A DNA stretch of 64,000 bases from Acidobacteriota bacterium. GTDB lineage: Bacteria; Acidobacteriota; Blastocatellia; Pyrinomonadales; Pyrinomonadaceae. The position numbers were made by a program, and so were the translations under genes. The notes beneath the pieces were generated by a model. The model had not been told where the DNA came from. It worked only from the letters and a program-made list of their open reading frames with translations, and ran no database searches. The DNA is taken from positions 14,107 to 78,106 of the forward strand of contig JAEZIT010000120.1 of NCBI GenBank assembly GCA_023436495.1, given 5' to 3'. Positions 47,830-57,108 of the stretch are shown here, piece by piece (the stretch's first letter is position 1; every line of letters begins with the position of its first letter).

Positions 47830-48705
47830 TCAGGCGCGGCCGATCACGGACATAAGCCTGCCCGTTTTGCCGTAGAGCTTTTTTTCGACGCGATAGGAAA
47901 AGAAGAGGTCGGTCCGCTCCATCGTGCAGAGCGGGGCCGTGTAGATATTTTCCATCCGCACGCCCGCGTCGATCAGCTGATCGCGATTGGCAAGATGGAG
48001 GTCGACGAGCGCGTGGCCGTCGCGGGTCGGCGTAAAATATTTTCCACTTGTGGAAAAATTCTCGGCAAAGGCATCGATGACGTCGCCGCCGACCTCGTAA
48101 TTTCTTCCGCACGCCGCCGGGCCGATCGCCGCGATAGCGTCCGATGCCCGCGCGCCGAATTTCTCGTTCATCTTCTCCATCGCCTTCGTCACGATCGATG
48201 CCGCCGTTCCCCTCCATCCCGCATGGACAGCCGCGAATGCGCCCGTGGCCGGATCGCCGATCAGGACCGGGACGCAATCGGCGGTTTTGACGCCGACCAA
48301 AATGCCTTTTCGGTCAGAAACCAGCGCATCGGCGCGGTCTTCGGTCCGATTTTCGTCGTCGGTCGTCAGGACTGTTTTGATAATGTCACTATGGACCTGC
48401 CACGCTGTCACTAACCGCGGAAATTGCGCGAACAATGTGCCCATAAAGCGCCGTCGATTTTCTTCGATATTTTCGGCCGGATCTTCGTCATATCCGGCGA
48501 GGTTCAGGTCGTTTTCCGGGAACGGCGAAACCCCGCCCAGCCGCGTCGAAAAGCCGTTCGCAAAACCCGCGTCCTCCAAGGCTTTGCAGATCAGGACTTT
48601 AACCCCGCCCGCTTCTCGCCAAAAGAACCCGTTATCGGTTAGAATCTGTTCGTCAGGTGCAGTATTTATCGGGGTTTTTATGATCGTTTCCATTGGCGTC
48701 GACAT
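47830..48705 (-). CDS. pgeF: Peptidoglycan editing factor / YfiH-family (laccase-domain) protein
   Basis: GFSTRLGGVS, TADCVPVLI and AVHAGWRGT motifs. The start (48705 or 48693) overlaps the divergent acpS start. Confidence 0.85.
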   Translation of the reverse strand: MSTPMETIIKTPINTAPDEQILTDNGFFWREAGGVKVLICKALEDAGFANGFSTRLGGVSPFPENDLNLAGYDEDPAENIEENRRRFMGTLFAQFPRLVTAWQVHSDIIKTVLTTDDENRTEDRADALVSDRKGILVGVKTADCVPVLIGDPATGAFAAVHAGWRGTAASIVTKAMEKMNEKFGARASDAIAAIGPAACGRNYEVGGDVIDAFAENFSTSGKYFTPTRDGHALVDLHLANRDQLIDAGVRMENIYTAPLCTMERTDLFFSYRVEKKLYGKTGRLMSVIGRA

Positions 48706-49060
48706 AATCGAAGTCTATCGTATCCGCGAGACCATTGAAAGGACCCCGCGGTTCGTGGACCGCGTATTTACGGCCTCGGAACGCAATTACTGCGACGCAA
48801 AAGGCGCCGCCGCGGCCCAGAGCTACGCCGGGCGATTTGCCGCTAAAGAGGCGTTTCTAAAGGCTTTACGCACCGGCTGGAGCGGCCAAATAACCTGGCA
48901 CGATATCGAGATCGTATCGGACGAAAATCGCGTCCCGTCACTCAAAATATACGGCGAAGCCCTTAGGATACTTGAACTTACGGGTGCCGACCAAGTTCAC
49001 CTCTCGATATCGCACACGACCGAACACGCGGTGGCACAGGTCATTCTCGAACGAACCTAA
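48680..49060 (+). CDS. acpS: Holo-[acyl-carrier-protein] synthase
   Basis: MIVSIGVDIIEVYRI start, FAAKEAFLKAL, and ISHTTEHAVAQVILE. The internal ATG at 48680 of the longer track ORF was used. Confidence 0.9.
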   Translation: MIVSIGVDIIEVYRIRETIERTPRFVDRVFTASERNYCDAKGAAAAQSYAGRFAAKEAFLKALRTGWSGQITWHDIEIVSDENRVPSLKIYGEALRILELTGADQVHLSISHTTEHAVAQVILERT

Positions 49061-49086
49061 CCCCTTGCATCTACTCCATTTACGTG

Positions 49087-50979
49087 CTATTTCCGTTCGT
49101 CGAGCGAGAAATAAGCGATCGAGGGGTCATGATCCGAAAACCGCTCGACCCGCGTTGCGTCGTTCCTGTAAACCTCAGGAAAATCAGCGTTTAGCCTCGC
49201 GTAACCAAACCCGTTCAAATGCCGTGTGAGATTTGCCGTGACCAAAATATGGTCCAACACCTGCGAATTCCCATCGAATATGTAAGAGTAACGTTCTAAA
49301 GGCTTTATCAGATCAACAAGGTTGATCATGTCCGGATCGACCATGTCCGCCGAAGGATTCTCAACTGCATTTCCGCCCGCCGGTTTTCCGGCGATCGTGC
49401 CCATAAGATCAGTTATTCCATCATTAAACTGATACATATTGAAATCGCCGACCAGAATTATCCGCTCGGCCGGATCGGCCTTTTGCCGCCCTTGGACCCA
49501 CTTCGCGAGATATTCGGCCTGCAACCGCTTCTTCATGCGAACATTGGCTTTCTGCTTTGGGTCGTTATATCCGCCGAACGATTTCAAATGATTCGCAACT
49601 ACTGTAAATTCAAAGGGTTGGCCGGATTTCCCGTCCTCGACCGCAGCCCGGAGCATCAAAGGCGGCCGGTCGTTCAGAAAATTCTGCTCCTTAGTATCTG
49701 GGTTCAAGTATTTCTCCTCTTTCCCGAACTGCTTTATTTCCAGCACTTTAACTCCCGAGGTTTTCACCAGAAAACCGTTATCGATCCCCCGCCCGTCATT
49801 GTCGTCAATGAGAAAGGCCTTGTATTTTGGATCCGGCCCACCGGCGGCGACGGCATCGCTGTTGACCGCATCCGCCAGCCGCGTAAGTGCTTCTAAATTC
49901 TCGGCTTCCGCGATTCCGATCACGTCGGCGAAGTTTAGATGTTCGCGAATCGCCATTGACACCTTTTTCGTCCGACGCGCAAACCCAGCGGTGTCAACAA
50001 TTACCTCATTGATCGCCGGATCGTCACGGTCGTCGAAAAAATTCTCAATGTTCATCGCCGCGACAGTAAACTGCCGGGCCGACGGAACGGGAAGCGGTGT
50101 GCGTTTAACCCCTTTTGATACAGTAAGTTTCAGTGCAGGATCAGAAAATATCGTATACGTCCGATAGGCGTAATGAAGCACGCCCGTGATCGCGGAAAGG
50201 CTCGAATATGCTTCAATATCAATAGGTTGCGAGCCGAGTTGAGCCGAACTCTCAACCCGGATCCGCTCGGGATTACCGTCAAAAATTGCAAGTTCCGGCA
50301 ATTTCGATCGCAGGGAATCCCGCTCCTTATCCGTAAGGAACACAGTTTCAAAGACTTCCAGCCCCGGCTCGCGGTATGTCCGTCCGACGCCATCGGGCAC
50401 TCCGTAAAATATCCCATTCGATACTGAGTTTCCGGACTTGTCGTCAAACCGCCCATCCGTAGGTGACACGACGGTCATATTTGTCACCGTAACTCTCATG
50501 CCTTCAAGCTTTTCCAGTTGATCTATGCGGTTGGTACGCATATCCGCAGCGGTGATCTCCACCGGCTTCGGCAGCGGCATACCCTTCGTCAAAACCCGGA
50601 TAGTGTCCCTGTCCTGGAAGAACGAAAGTTGGGTCAAGGAGAGTGTGTTTGGTTCGCTCCGGGGCCGGAATTCATTGACCGTCCCGGTGATCAAGATCAA
50701 ATTTCCCACAGCCGCCTCGGCCGGCGGCTCGTTTCGGGAATAGACAAACAGACCTTCCGACGAATTGGCGTCGGAATCCGTTTTATCGTCCGGCGATTGA
50801 ATAAAAAAGCCGGTGCGGGTTCTGGCTGTCACGATGCCTCGGACGCCGGTTTGGCGGCCATCCAGCGGCGAAAAGTTCCCGGTTCCCTGGATCGCCGAGA
50901 TAGAAGTTTCTGTTTGTGCAGGTATGTCCGCGGCAAAGCCAGCCGCGACAACAAATAGGGCGAGAATCAGTTTTTTCAT
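49087..50979 (-). CDS. Secreted ExeM/NucH-type extracellular nuclease (endonuclease/exonuclease/phosphatase fold)
   Basis: Signal peptide from the ATG at 50979. N-terminal ISAIQGTG...VRGIVTA...GFFIQ OB-like pattern. C-terminal EEP motifs (GDFN, SDHDP). Confidence 0.82.
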   Translation of the reverse strand: MKKLILALFVVAAGFAADIPAQTETSISAIQGTGNFSPLDGRQTGVRGIVTARTRTGFFIQSPDDKTDSDANSSEGLFVYSRNEPPAEAAVGNLILITGTVNEFRPRSEPNTLSLTQLSFFQDRDTIRVLTKGMPLPKPVEITAADMRTNRIDQLEKLEGMRVTVTNMTVVSPTDGRFDDKSGNSVSNGIFYGVPDGVGRTYREPGLEVFETVFLTDKERDSLRSKLPELAIFDGNPERIRVESSAQLGSQPIDIEAYSSLSAITGVLHYAYRTYTIFSDPALKLTVSKGVKRTPLPVPSARQFTVAAMNIENFFDDRDDPAINEVIVDTAGFARRTKKVSMAIREHLNFADVIGIAEAENLEALTRLADAVNSDAVAAGGPDPKYKAFLIDDNDGRGIDNGFLVKTSGVKVLEIKQFGKEEKYLNPDTKEQNFLNDRPPLMLRAAVEDGKSGQPFEFTVVANHLKSFGGYNDPKQKANVRMKKRLQAEYLAKWVQGRQKADPAERIILVGDFNMYQFNDGITDLMGTIAGKPAGGNAVENPSADMVDPDMINLVDLIKPLERYSYIFDGNSQVLDHILVTANLTRHLNGFGYARLNADFPEVYRNDATRVERFSDHDPSIAYFSLDERK

Positions 50980-51049
50980 CGTTGAAGACAAGAGCGGCCC
51001 GGGAGCGAGAGATCTCCGGGCCGCCGGTAATAAACCCAATGGTAGCAAC

Positions 51050-52762
51050 CTATTGACGGTCGCGGCGACGCTCCATCAACTCCTGAGAGTTTTTCGGAAC
51101 GTTCGAAAAGAAGTTATATCCCGTCAGGTTTTCGACAGCGTCGACCGTCACGCGGAAATTACGCCAAGGAGCGTTAATATCGACAGGCGGCTGATTGGGA
51201 ACGATAATGCCAAACGCCCGCGTACCTTTGTTAACTCTCTGCAGGTCATTATTGCCGTTGGGCAGGACAAGTACTACCTTCCAGGTCACCTGCGGCACGA
51301 CGATACGGCCTTGGGCAATCGTCCCTGCATTCCCGTGCGGCCCTGTGAAAATATAGATCTCGTTGCCCTGGCTTGCGAGCGTGCGGCAATAGGTTTCAAA
51401 TTCCTCCCATGGCCCCTGATTATTTGCCGAAAGCTGCGGAACAAAATTCGTCATCAGGAACGTTGCCGAATTGTTGGGGATCGAATTCGTCCGGTCTCCC
51501 GAAGGGCACATATGCCCGCGGTCGTAACCGGACCCGGAATAATCCTCGCTCAAGACCTGATACCAGCCCATCGGCAGGGCCGGATCGGGACGATAATCGT
51601 CCTGTCGGCCAGAAGAGCCGATCCAGCTGCTGTCGAGCCGCCAGGCGACCCAATTAGGAGTGGCCTTGCTTCGGTTATACGACAGCGTGTACTGCGGCTT
51701 CTGCATAAGGTAATTATTCTCGTTGGCAATGTCTCCGGTCGCGTTGCTGGGATTTCCCAAGATGAGCGGGTCCTCGTTCGGCAGCGGCGCATTGATCGTT
51801 AAAGTGACATTAACGGAGGCAGTGCGGCCTTCTGCGTCGACTGCCGCGCCCGCGATCGGAGCCATTCCTCCGGGCGTGCTCTGGGCAACTGTCGCTAGAT
51901 AACTGAAAACATTGTCATTAGGCGTTATATCGCCGTTGGTGCCATCGTCGAACAGCTGCTGGTTCGCGTCGCCGCCGATGGACTGCAGATTCGCCGCGAC
52001 GGTGATCGAAGTACTTGGCGGTGTGGTCGCAGGAATGACGGTAACTTGCAGTAAAGTACTGCCGCCTGGCGAGACGACCGTGGGGTTAGCATTCATCGCC
52101 GCGAAGAGGGTCGTGCCTCCTCCGCTGCATGAAAAAACGGCCGTTACGGAGTTTCTCGGCGCTGAGGGTATCGTCGGAGAAAAGTCGTTCGCGTTGTTAT
52201 CGTTGTCCTGACAACCGCTATTTTGCCGCGACTGACTGTTGTTCAGCGCAGGCGCCGCAGTTGGCGACGCTTCGACGAAAATGTTTGTGGCCGTCCCCCA
52301 CCCGACGGAATCGATTATTGCACCCGTATTTGGAGCTCCCTGCCGGATCGCCAACCCGCCGCCTGCGGCGCCAAGCGCGCAGCTGCAGGTATTGCTGTTA
52401 TAAGAAGCATCCGGGGCCACGGTGCCGTCGTACGCTGTGTTTGCGATAAGGTAATAGCCGCCAGATGGAATTATCGTGGATGAGGGCCATTCCATCATTT
52501 TCACATCATTGGTCCCGTTTGCCGACCGATACACTACGGTATACCCGCTAAGATCGATCAAAGACGGTCCCGAATTATGTATCTCGATAAACTCGTCGTT
52601 CGCCGTACCGCCAGCTGTCTGGAACTGGCTGATCATCAAATGCGGCGATACGACTGCTGTTTCGGCTTTTGCGTCGGTTAAGAAAAGATATGGCCCGGCG
52701 AAGGCGACCAGGCCGAAAACAATTGTGCAGACGAATGATATCTTTAGTAGGCTAAGTCTCAT
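51050..52762 (-). CDS. Secreted lamin-tail-domain protein fused to a DNA/RNA non-specific endonuclease domain
   Basis: Signal peptide, LTD pattern (LMISQFQTAGGTANDEFIEIHN...LSGYTVVY), and C-terminal SGYDRGHMCPSGDR with TNFVPQ. Confidence 0.88.
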   Translation of the reverse strand: MRLSLLKISFVCTIVFGLVAFAGPYLFLTDAKAETAVVSPHLMISQFQTAGGTANDEFIEIHNSGPSLIDLSGYTVVYRSANGTNDVKMMEWPSSTIIPSGGYYLIANTAYDGTVAPDASYNSNTCSCALGAAGGGLAIRQGAPNTGAIIDSVGWGTATNIFVEASPTAAPALNNSQSRQNSGCQDNDNNANDFSPTIPSAPRNSVTAVFSCSGGGTTLFAAMNANPTVVSPGGSTLLQVTVIPATTPPSTSITVAANLQSIGGDANQQLFDDGTNGDITPNDNVFSYLATVAQSTPGGMAPIAGAAVDAEGRTASVNVTLTINAPLPNEDPLILGNPSNATGDIANENNYLMQKPQYTLSYNRSKATPNWVAWRLDSSWIGSSGRQDDYRPDPALPMGWYQVLSEDYSGSGYDRGHMCPSGDRTNSIPNNSATFLMTNFVPQLSANNQGPWEEFETYCRTLASQGNEIYIFTGPHGNAGTIAQGRIVVPQVTWKVVLVLPNGNNDLQRVNKGTRAFGIIVPNQPPVDINAPWRNFRVTVDAVENLTGYNFFSNVPKNSQELMERRRDRQ

Positions 52763-52833
52763 AAATTCAGTTTGGAACGAAGGCGAATTTTAATTTTTAC
52801 CACAGATCTGCCGCGAAAAATAGATTGGTATGG

Positions 52834-53694
52834 TCATTTCGCCATGCGGCGCTGGTCTGTAAGCTTCTTCCGAAATGCTATCTCACTCGATTCGATGTAT
52901 TTCTTATATCCTTGTGGATCGATAAACGGATTTGAACTGCCGCTGTTAAGTTTTGCGATCTTGTCCGCAAGACCAAAAAATCCGCCATGTGACCCAAGGA
53001 AAATATCGGCTTTCATAGACCGCAGCCTGGCGAATGTCTTCGTAAAATCGTCTGCGATCTCCGGGTATTTTTCATTTCCGGTCAATTTATATCCCGGTGA
53101 CGAAGTGCTGCAGACAAATATCACGTTGAAATTCTTACGATTCTCGCGAACGTTTGTGGTCCACGTAGTACAGCCGCGTGTATGGCCGGGTGTGATATTG
53201 GCGGTCAGCGACACGTCTCACAATCGGACTTTCTCACCATCCGTTAACAGCTTGTCCGGTCTTACCGGCTCGAACGCAAAGTCATCGCCGAAGTTCGGAT
53301 CTTGCCGCCCACCGTTCAGAAATAGTATTTCGTCCGGCTGGCTCACCAACAGTTTCGCGTTCGTAAGTCGTTTGATCTCCGCGATCCCTCCGGCGTGGTC
53401 ATAATGAGCGTGACTGTTCAGAATGAACTTTATGTCCGCCGGTTTGAAGCCCAGCTTGTTAATGCTTTCCACGATCAGCGAGGCGGTTTGCGGAAAACCG
53501 CCGTCGATCAAAATATGGCCTTTTGGCGTGGTAATAAGATAGGAGGTAATGTCACTTGCGCCGACATAATATATATTTCCTGCGATCTTAAACGGTTCAA
53601 CCGGTTGGTTCCAGGAGCGTTCCTGTTCGGTGGTTTGTGCGAAACTCGAAATCGAAAAGAGCGATAAAAATGCGGCAATGAAAGCAACCTTCAT
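52834..53694 (-). pseudogene. Subclass-B3-like metallo-beta-lactamase interrupted by one in-frame TGA
   Basis: The two track ORFs (53218-53694 and 52834-53214) are in the same frame. The junction reads DGEKVRL-TGA-DVSLTANITPGHTRGCTTW. The N-terminal part has a signal peptide and SHAHYDHAGG. Confidence 0.75.
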
Positions 53695-53703
53695 CCAAGC
53701 AGT

Positions 53704-55050
53704 TTATCTTACCGGCCGCGGATAGGCTACGGGACTCTTGTTGCCCGATTTGTCCACGGCGCGAACACCGAAAAAGTAATTGTCTTTAGACATGCTTTTA
53801 ACCACGTAATTCGTGACGTTGCCCACATTTATAGAACCCGTCCAATCCGGAGACGACGTGTCGCGCCACACTATTTCGTAACCGGCGATGTCATGATCAG
53901 TGTTGGCGTTCCATTTCAGTTCGGTATCATTGGTTAGACGACTAGTAACGATCCCTGTGTTTTTCGGGATCGCCGGTGCTTTTGCCAGGCTGGCAAGCGC
54001 TGCAAGGTTCACGCGGGCCACGTTCGCCGTGTATTCAAAATCGACGAATTCCGGCGTATCGCCGTAAAATATTCCGTTTTCCCTCCGAACGTTCTGGTGC
54101 TGATGGGTATAGTCCTCGTCGGCCTCGGTAATTCTGACAGCCGGGAATCCGCGCTCAAGGAACGGAATGTGATCGCCGCCGCGAAGATAGCGGTCACGAC
54201 GATAGATCGGCCAAGCCTGAAAGTTCTTTATATAGCGAGCGGATTGTTCCTTCACGTACCGTCCAAGCTGCCGTGCCTCAGAATCGTTTTCTCCGCCGAC
54301 GCTTCGACGAGTGCGTGCTTCGGCTTCGTTTTCATCCGTCGGCACACCTTCGGCGAAAACACGGACACGATTCCGATGAGGCGAATTCTTTTGACTAGTC
54401 ACGCCGCCGACGATATCATTGGTGAACATTCCCTCGATGTTCATTCCTTTCTGCTTAGCTTGCTCGGCAAAATATGCGGCCCCGAGCAAGCCCTGCTCTT
54501 CCCCTGCGACTGCAACAAATACGATCGTTGCATCAAATTTCGCTTTTGACATAACGCGCGCAAGTTCGATGACCACAGCGGTCCCGGATGCGTCGTCATT
54601 TGCGCCGGGAGCATCGCATTTCCCATCGGTCGGCGAGGAGCACATCGAATCGTAATGTCCCGAAACGACATAGACACGGCCCGGGTCGGTGCTTCCCCTG
54701 AGTGTGGCGACAATATTGGTCAATGTGGTCGGCTCGGGAATGCGATTGGCTTTCGGCTGAAGAAAATTCTGCTTTTCGACAACCAGGCAGCCGCCGCAAT
54801 CAACCGAAATACTTTGGAATTCATTAAAGATCCAGTCGCGTGCCGCTCCGATACCGCGTGTCGGGTTATCCTGTTCGGAAAGCGTATTTCGGGTTCCAAA
54901 AGACACCAGTTTCCTGATCGACATCTCGATATTCTTCGGCGAAACCTTTTTTATCATGCTGGTGATCTCCGGGTCGGGATTATTCTTGCTCTGCCCGGAC
55001 ACAGCAGCGACGAATGTTAAGAGAAAAACCAGAAACGTTGTGAATTTCAT
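53704..55050 (-). CDS. Secreted M28 family peptidase with C-terminal fibronectin type III-like domain
   Basis: Signal peptide. M28 ligands (SGHYDS, GANDDASGT, AGEEQGLLG). C-terminal FN3-like beta region (AGYEIVWRD...YFFGVRAVD). Confidence 0.88.
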   Translation of the reverse strand: MKFTTFLVFLLTFVAAVSGQSKNNPDPEITSMIKKVSPKNIEMSIRKLVSFGTRNTLSEQDNPTRGIGAARDWIFNEFQSISVDCGGCLVVEKQNFLQPKANRIPEPTTLTNIVATLRGSTDPGRVYVVSGHYDSMCSSPTDGKCDAPGANDDASGTAVVIELARVMSKAKFDATIVFVAVAGEEQGLLGAAYFAEQAKQKGMNIEGMFTNDIVGGVTSQKNSPHRNRVRVFAEGVPTDENEAEARTRRSVGGENDSEARQLGRYVKEQSARYIKNFQAWPIYRRDRYLRGGDHIPFLERGFPAVRITEADEDYTHQHQNVRRENGIFYGDTPEFVDFEYTANVARVNLAALASLAKAPAIPKNTGIVTSRLTNDTELKWNANTDHDIAGYEIVWRDTSSPDWTGSINVGNVTNYVVKSMSKDNYFFGVRAVDKSGNKSPVAYPRPVR

Positions 55051-55288
55051 TATTTAGCCTCGGATCGATTGTATTTGATTTCCGCATCCTGTAGCTAACG
55101 CCGTCCAAGTATTGGAACCGCCCGACGCGCAGGTTTCATTAATGTGGAAAAAACATTGACACACAGGTTCATGGTGATAGAATTCTGCGCGAAATATGTC
55201 CCTTTTCCAACGCGCTTTCGTCTCCCATGACGGAGGGATTTCGCTTAATATAAGCGAAATCCATAGTTTTTCAAGACAGGAGACAATC

Positions 55289-56971
55289 ATGAAGTGTTTG
55301 TTATTGTTAGCGATACTCATTCTATCAGTTTCGATCTTTGGGCAGCACAGCGGCCATTCGGCCGCAACCTCCGAGCGTCCGGTGACCCAGGACGGAGGCC
55401 TTGGAAATGTGGACCATCCGGTCTCAACAAAAAATCCGGAGGCGCAGATCTTCTTTAATCAAGGGCTTGCATATCTTTACGGGTTTAATCATGCCGAAGG
55501 CGTCCGGTCTTTCAAGAAGGCGGCCGAACTTGATCCGAATTTGGCAATGGCGTATTGGGGCGCGTCATTAGGCCTTGGAGCAAATTATAACGATCCGGCA
55601 AACCCCGATCGTTTCAAAGAAGCTTACGTGATGCTGCAAAAGGCGATGGAACTCGCTCCAAAAGCGTCACCGGCTGAACAGGCGTATATCAACGCTCTTT
55701 CGAAGCGCTATTCAAGCGATCCGGCAGCGGACCCGAAAAAACTCGCCGCTGATTATCGAGCCGCTATGGCGGAACTCGTAAAGCGATACCCGGACGATCT
55801 TGACGCGGCGACCCTGTATGCAGAGAGCATGATGAATCTTCGCCCATGGCAGTTGTGGACCCTTGACGGCCAACCTGCCGACGGAACGCTGGAGATCATA
55901 GCGGTGCTTGAAGGCGTGCTCCGGCGAAATCCGAATCACACGGGTGCCAATCACTATTATATTCATGCGGTAGAGGCTTCGAAAACGCCGGAAAGGGCAC
56001 TCGCGAGCGCGGCCCGGCTTGGCGGGCTGGCACCAAATGCCGGACATTTGGTCCATATGCCGTCGCACATTTACCTGCGGACCGGTGATTATGACGCCGC
56101 CGTGAAAAGCAACGACCTGGCGATCATCGCCGATAAAAATTACATACAGAAAAGCGGAGCAAGCGGCCTGTACCCGGCGATGTACTATAACCACAATATC
56201 CATATGCTCGCCGCTTCGCACGCGCACAACGGCAATTACGCGGGAGCATTGAAGGCGTCGCAGGATCTCGAAACAAACGTCGGGCCGATCGTTAAGGCAA
56301 TGCCGATGCTCGAGATGTTCATGCCTTATCATCTAACGACTCTGATCCGCTTTCAGAAATGGGACGAGATAATGAAATATCCCAAGCCCGCACCTGAACT
56401 CCAACTGACAACGGCTTTTTGGCACTTGGCACGCGGAATGGCATTCGCCGATGGGAAGAACGCGGCCGAAGCAAATAAAGAGCTTACCGAGCTCAGAAGC
56501 GTGATGAAGACAATACCGCCGGAGGCCATGATGTTCACGAATCCGTCCTTAAGCATTGTGAAGATCGCGGATGAATTGCTTGCCGGGCAAATAGCGATGG
56601 CCCAGGGCGATCGAAAAGGTGGAATACAAGGGCTTCAGCGGGCGGCGGCGGCCGAAGACCTTACGCATTATGCCGAACCGCCGGATTGGGACCTGCCGAC
56701 ACGTGAATGGCTTGGGCGGGCGCTCTTGGTCGATGGACAGTATGCCGAGGCCGAGAAAGTTTACCGACGCGAGATCGAACGCAATCCGCGGAGCGGCCGT
56801 GCACTGTTCGGCCTTGCCGAGGCGCTGAGGAAGCAGGGAAACGATTCGGCCGCTGCTATGGTAGATCGCGAATTCCGTCAGAATTGGAAAAGCGCCGATT
56901 CCCAGTTAAATGCTGAGTATCTTTACGGAAGGCGAGCGAACCAGACCGCCGAAATTTCGACGCGGCCGTGA
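55289..56971 (+). CDS. Secreted TPR-repeat protein (560 aa)
   Basis: The ATG at 55289 follows an AGGAG RBS and opens a signal peptide (MKCLLLLAILILSVSIFG). The rest is TPR-like helical repeats. Confidence 0.78.
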   Translation: MKCLLLLAILILSVSIFGQHSGHSAATSERPVTQDGGLGNVDHPVSTKNPEAQIFFNQGLAYLYGFNHAEGVRSFKKAAELDPNLAMAYWGASLGLGANYNDPANPDRFKEAYVMLQKAMELAPKASPAEQAYINALSKRYSSDPAADPKKLAADYRAAMAELVKRYPDDLDAATLYAESMMNLRPWQLWTLDGQPADGTLEIIAVLEGVLRRNPNHTGANHYYIHAVEASKTPERALASAARLGGLAPNAGHLVHMPSHIYLRTGDYDAAVKSNDLAIIADKNYIQKSGASGLYPAMYYNHNIHMLAASHAHNGNYAGALKASQDLETNVGPIVKAMPMLEMFMPYHLTTLIRFQKWDEIMKYPKPAPELQLTTAFWHLARGMAFADGKNAAEANKELTELRSVMKTIPPEAMMFTNPSLSIVKIADELLAGQIAMAQGDRKGGIQGLQRAAAAEDLTHYAEPPDWDLPTREWLGRALLVDGQYAEAEKVYRREIERNPRSGRALFGLAEALRKQGNDSAAAMVDREFRQNWKSADSQLNAEYLYGRRANQTAEISTRP

Positions 56972-57108
56972 CGCGTCCGGATACAGGGAATGGACTGTTT
57001 TACGCCGGCTTAAAATCTTATTTTTCCGAGCCGGCGTATGCTTCGAAAGCCTGGATTCTTAAACCCAACGAGGGATAGATGTTCAACGACCTCAGCGGGC
57101 AGCTAATA

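Noticed and set aside
53218-53220. TGA recoding (selenocysteine, or a Gly/Trp-reassigned genetic code) as the explanation for the in-frame stop in the B3 MBL gene.
   Set aside because: TGA clearly terminates well-supported genes in the same window, including dxs at 1529-1531, the dsbA-like gene at 2329-2331 and the ECF sigma at 4018-4020. I saw no SECIS-like hairpin immediately downstream, and the aligned residue in homologues is a structural Gly, not a redox Cys.
55054-55320. 88-aa minus-strand ORF between the M28 peptidase and the TPR gene.
   Set aside because: It overlaps the RBS and start of the TPR gene. It has no RBS of its own and no recognisable features, so it is probably intergenic promoter sequence.
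57002-57037. Inverted repeat ACGCCGGCT-N18-AGCCGGCGT between the convergent TPR and PQQ-propeller genes, considered as an intrinsic terminator.
   Set aside because: The loop is 18 nt and neither strand has a following U-tract. It may still be a structural or REP-like element, but I cannot support a terminator call.
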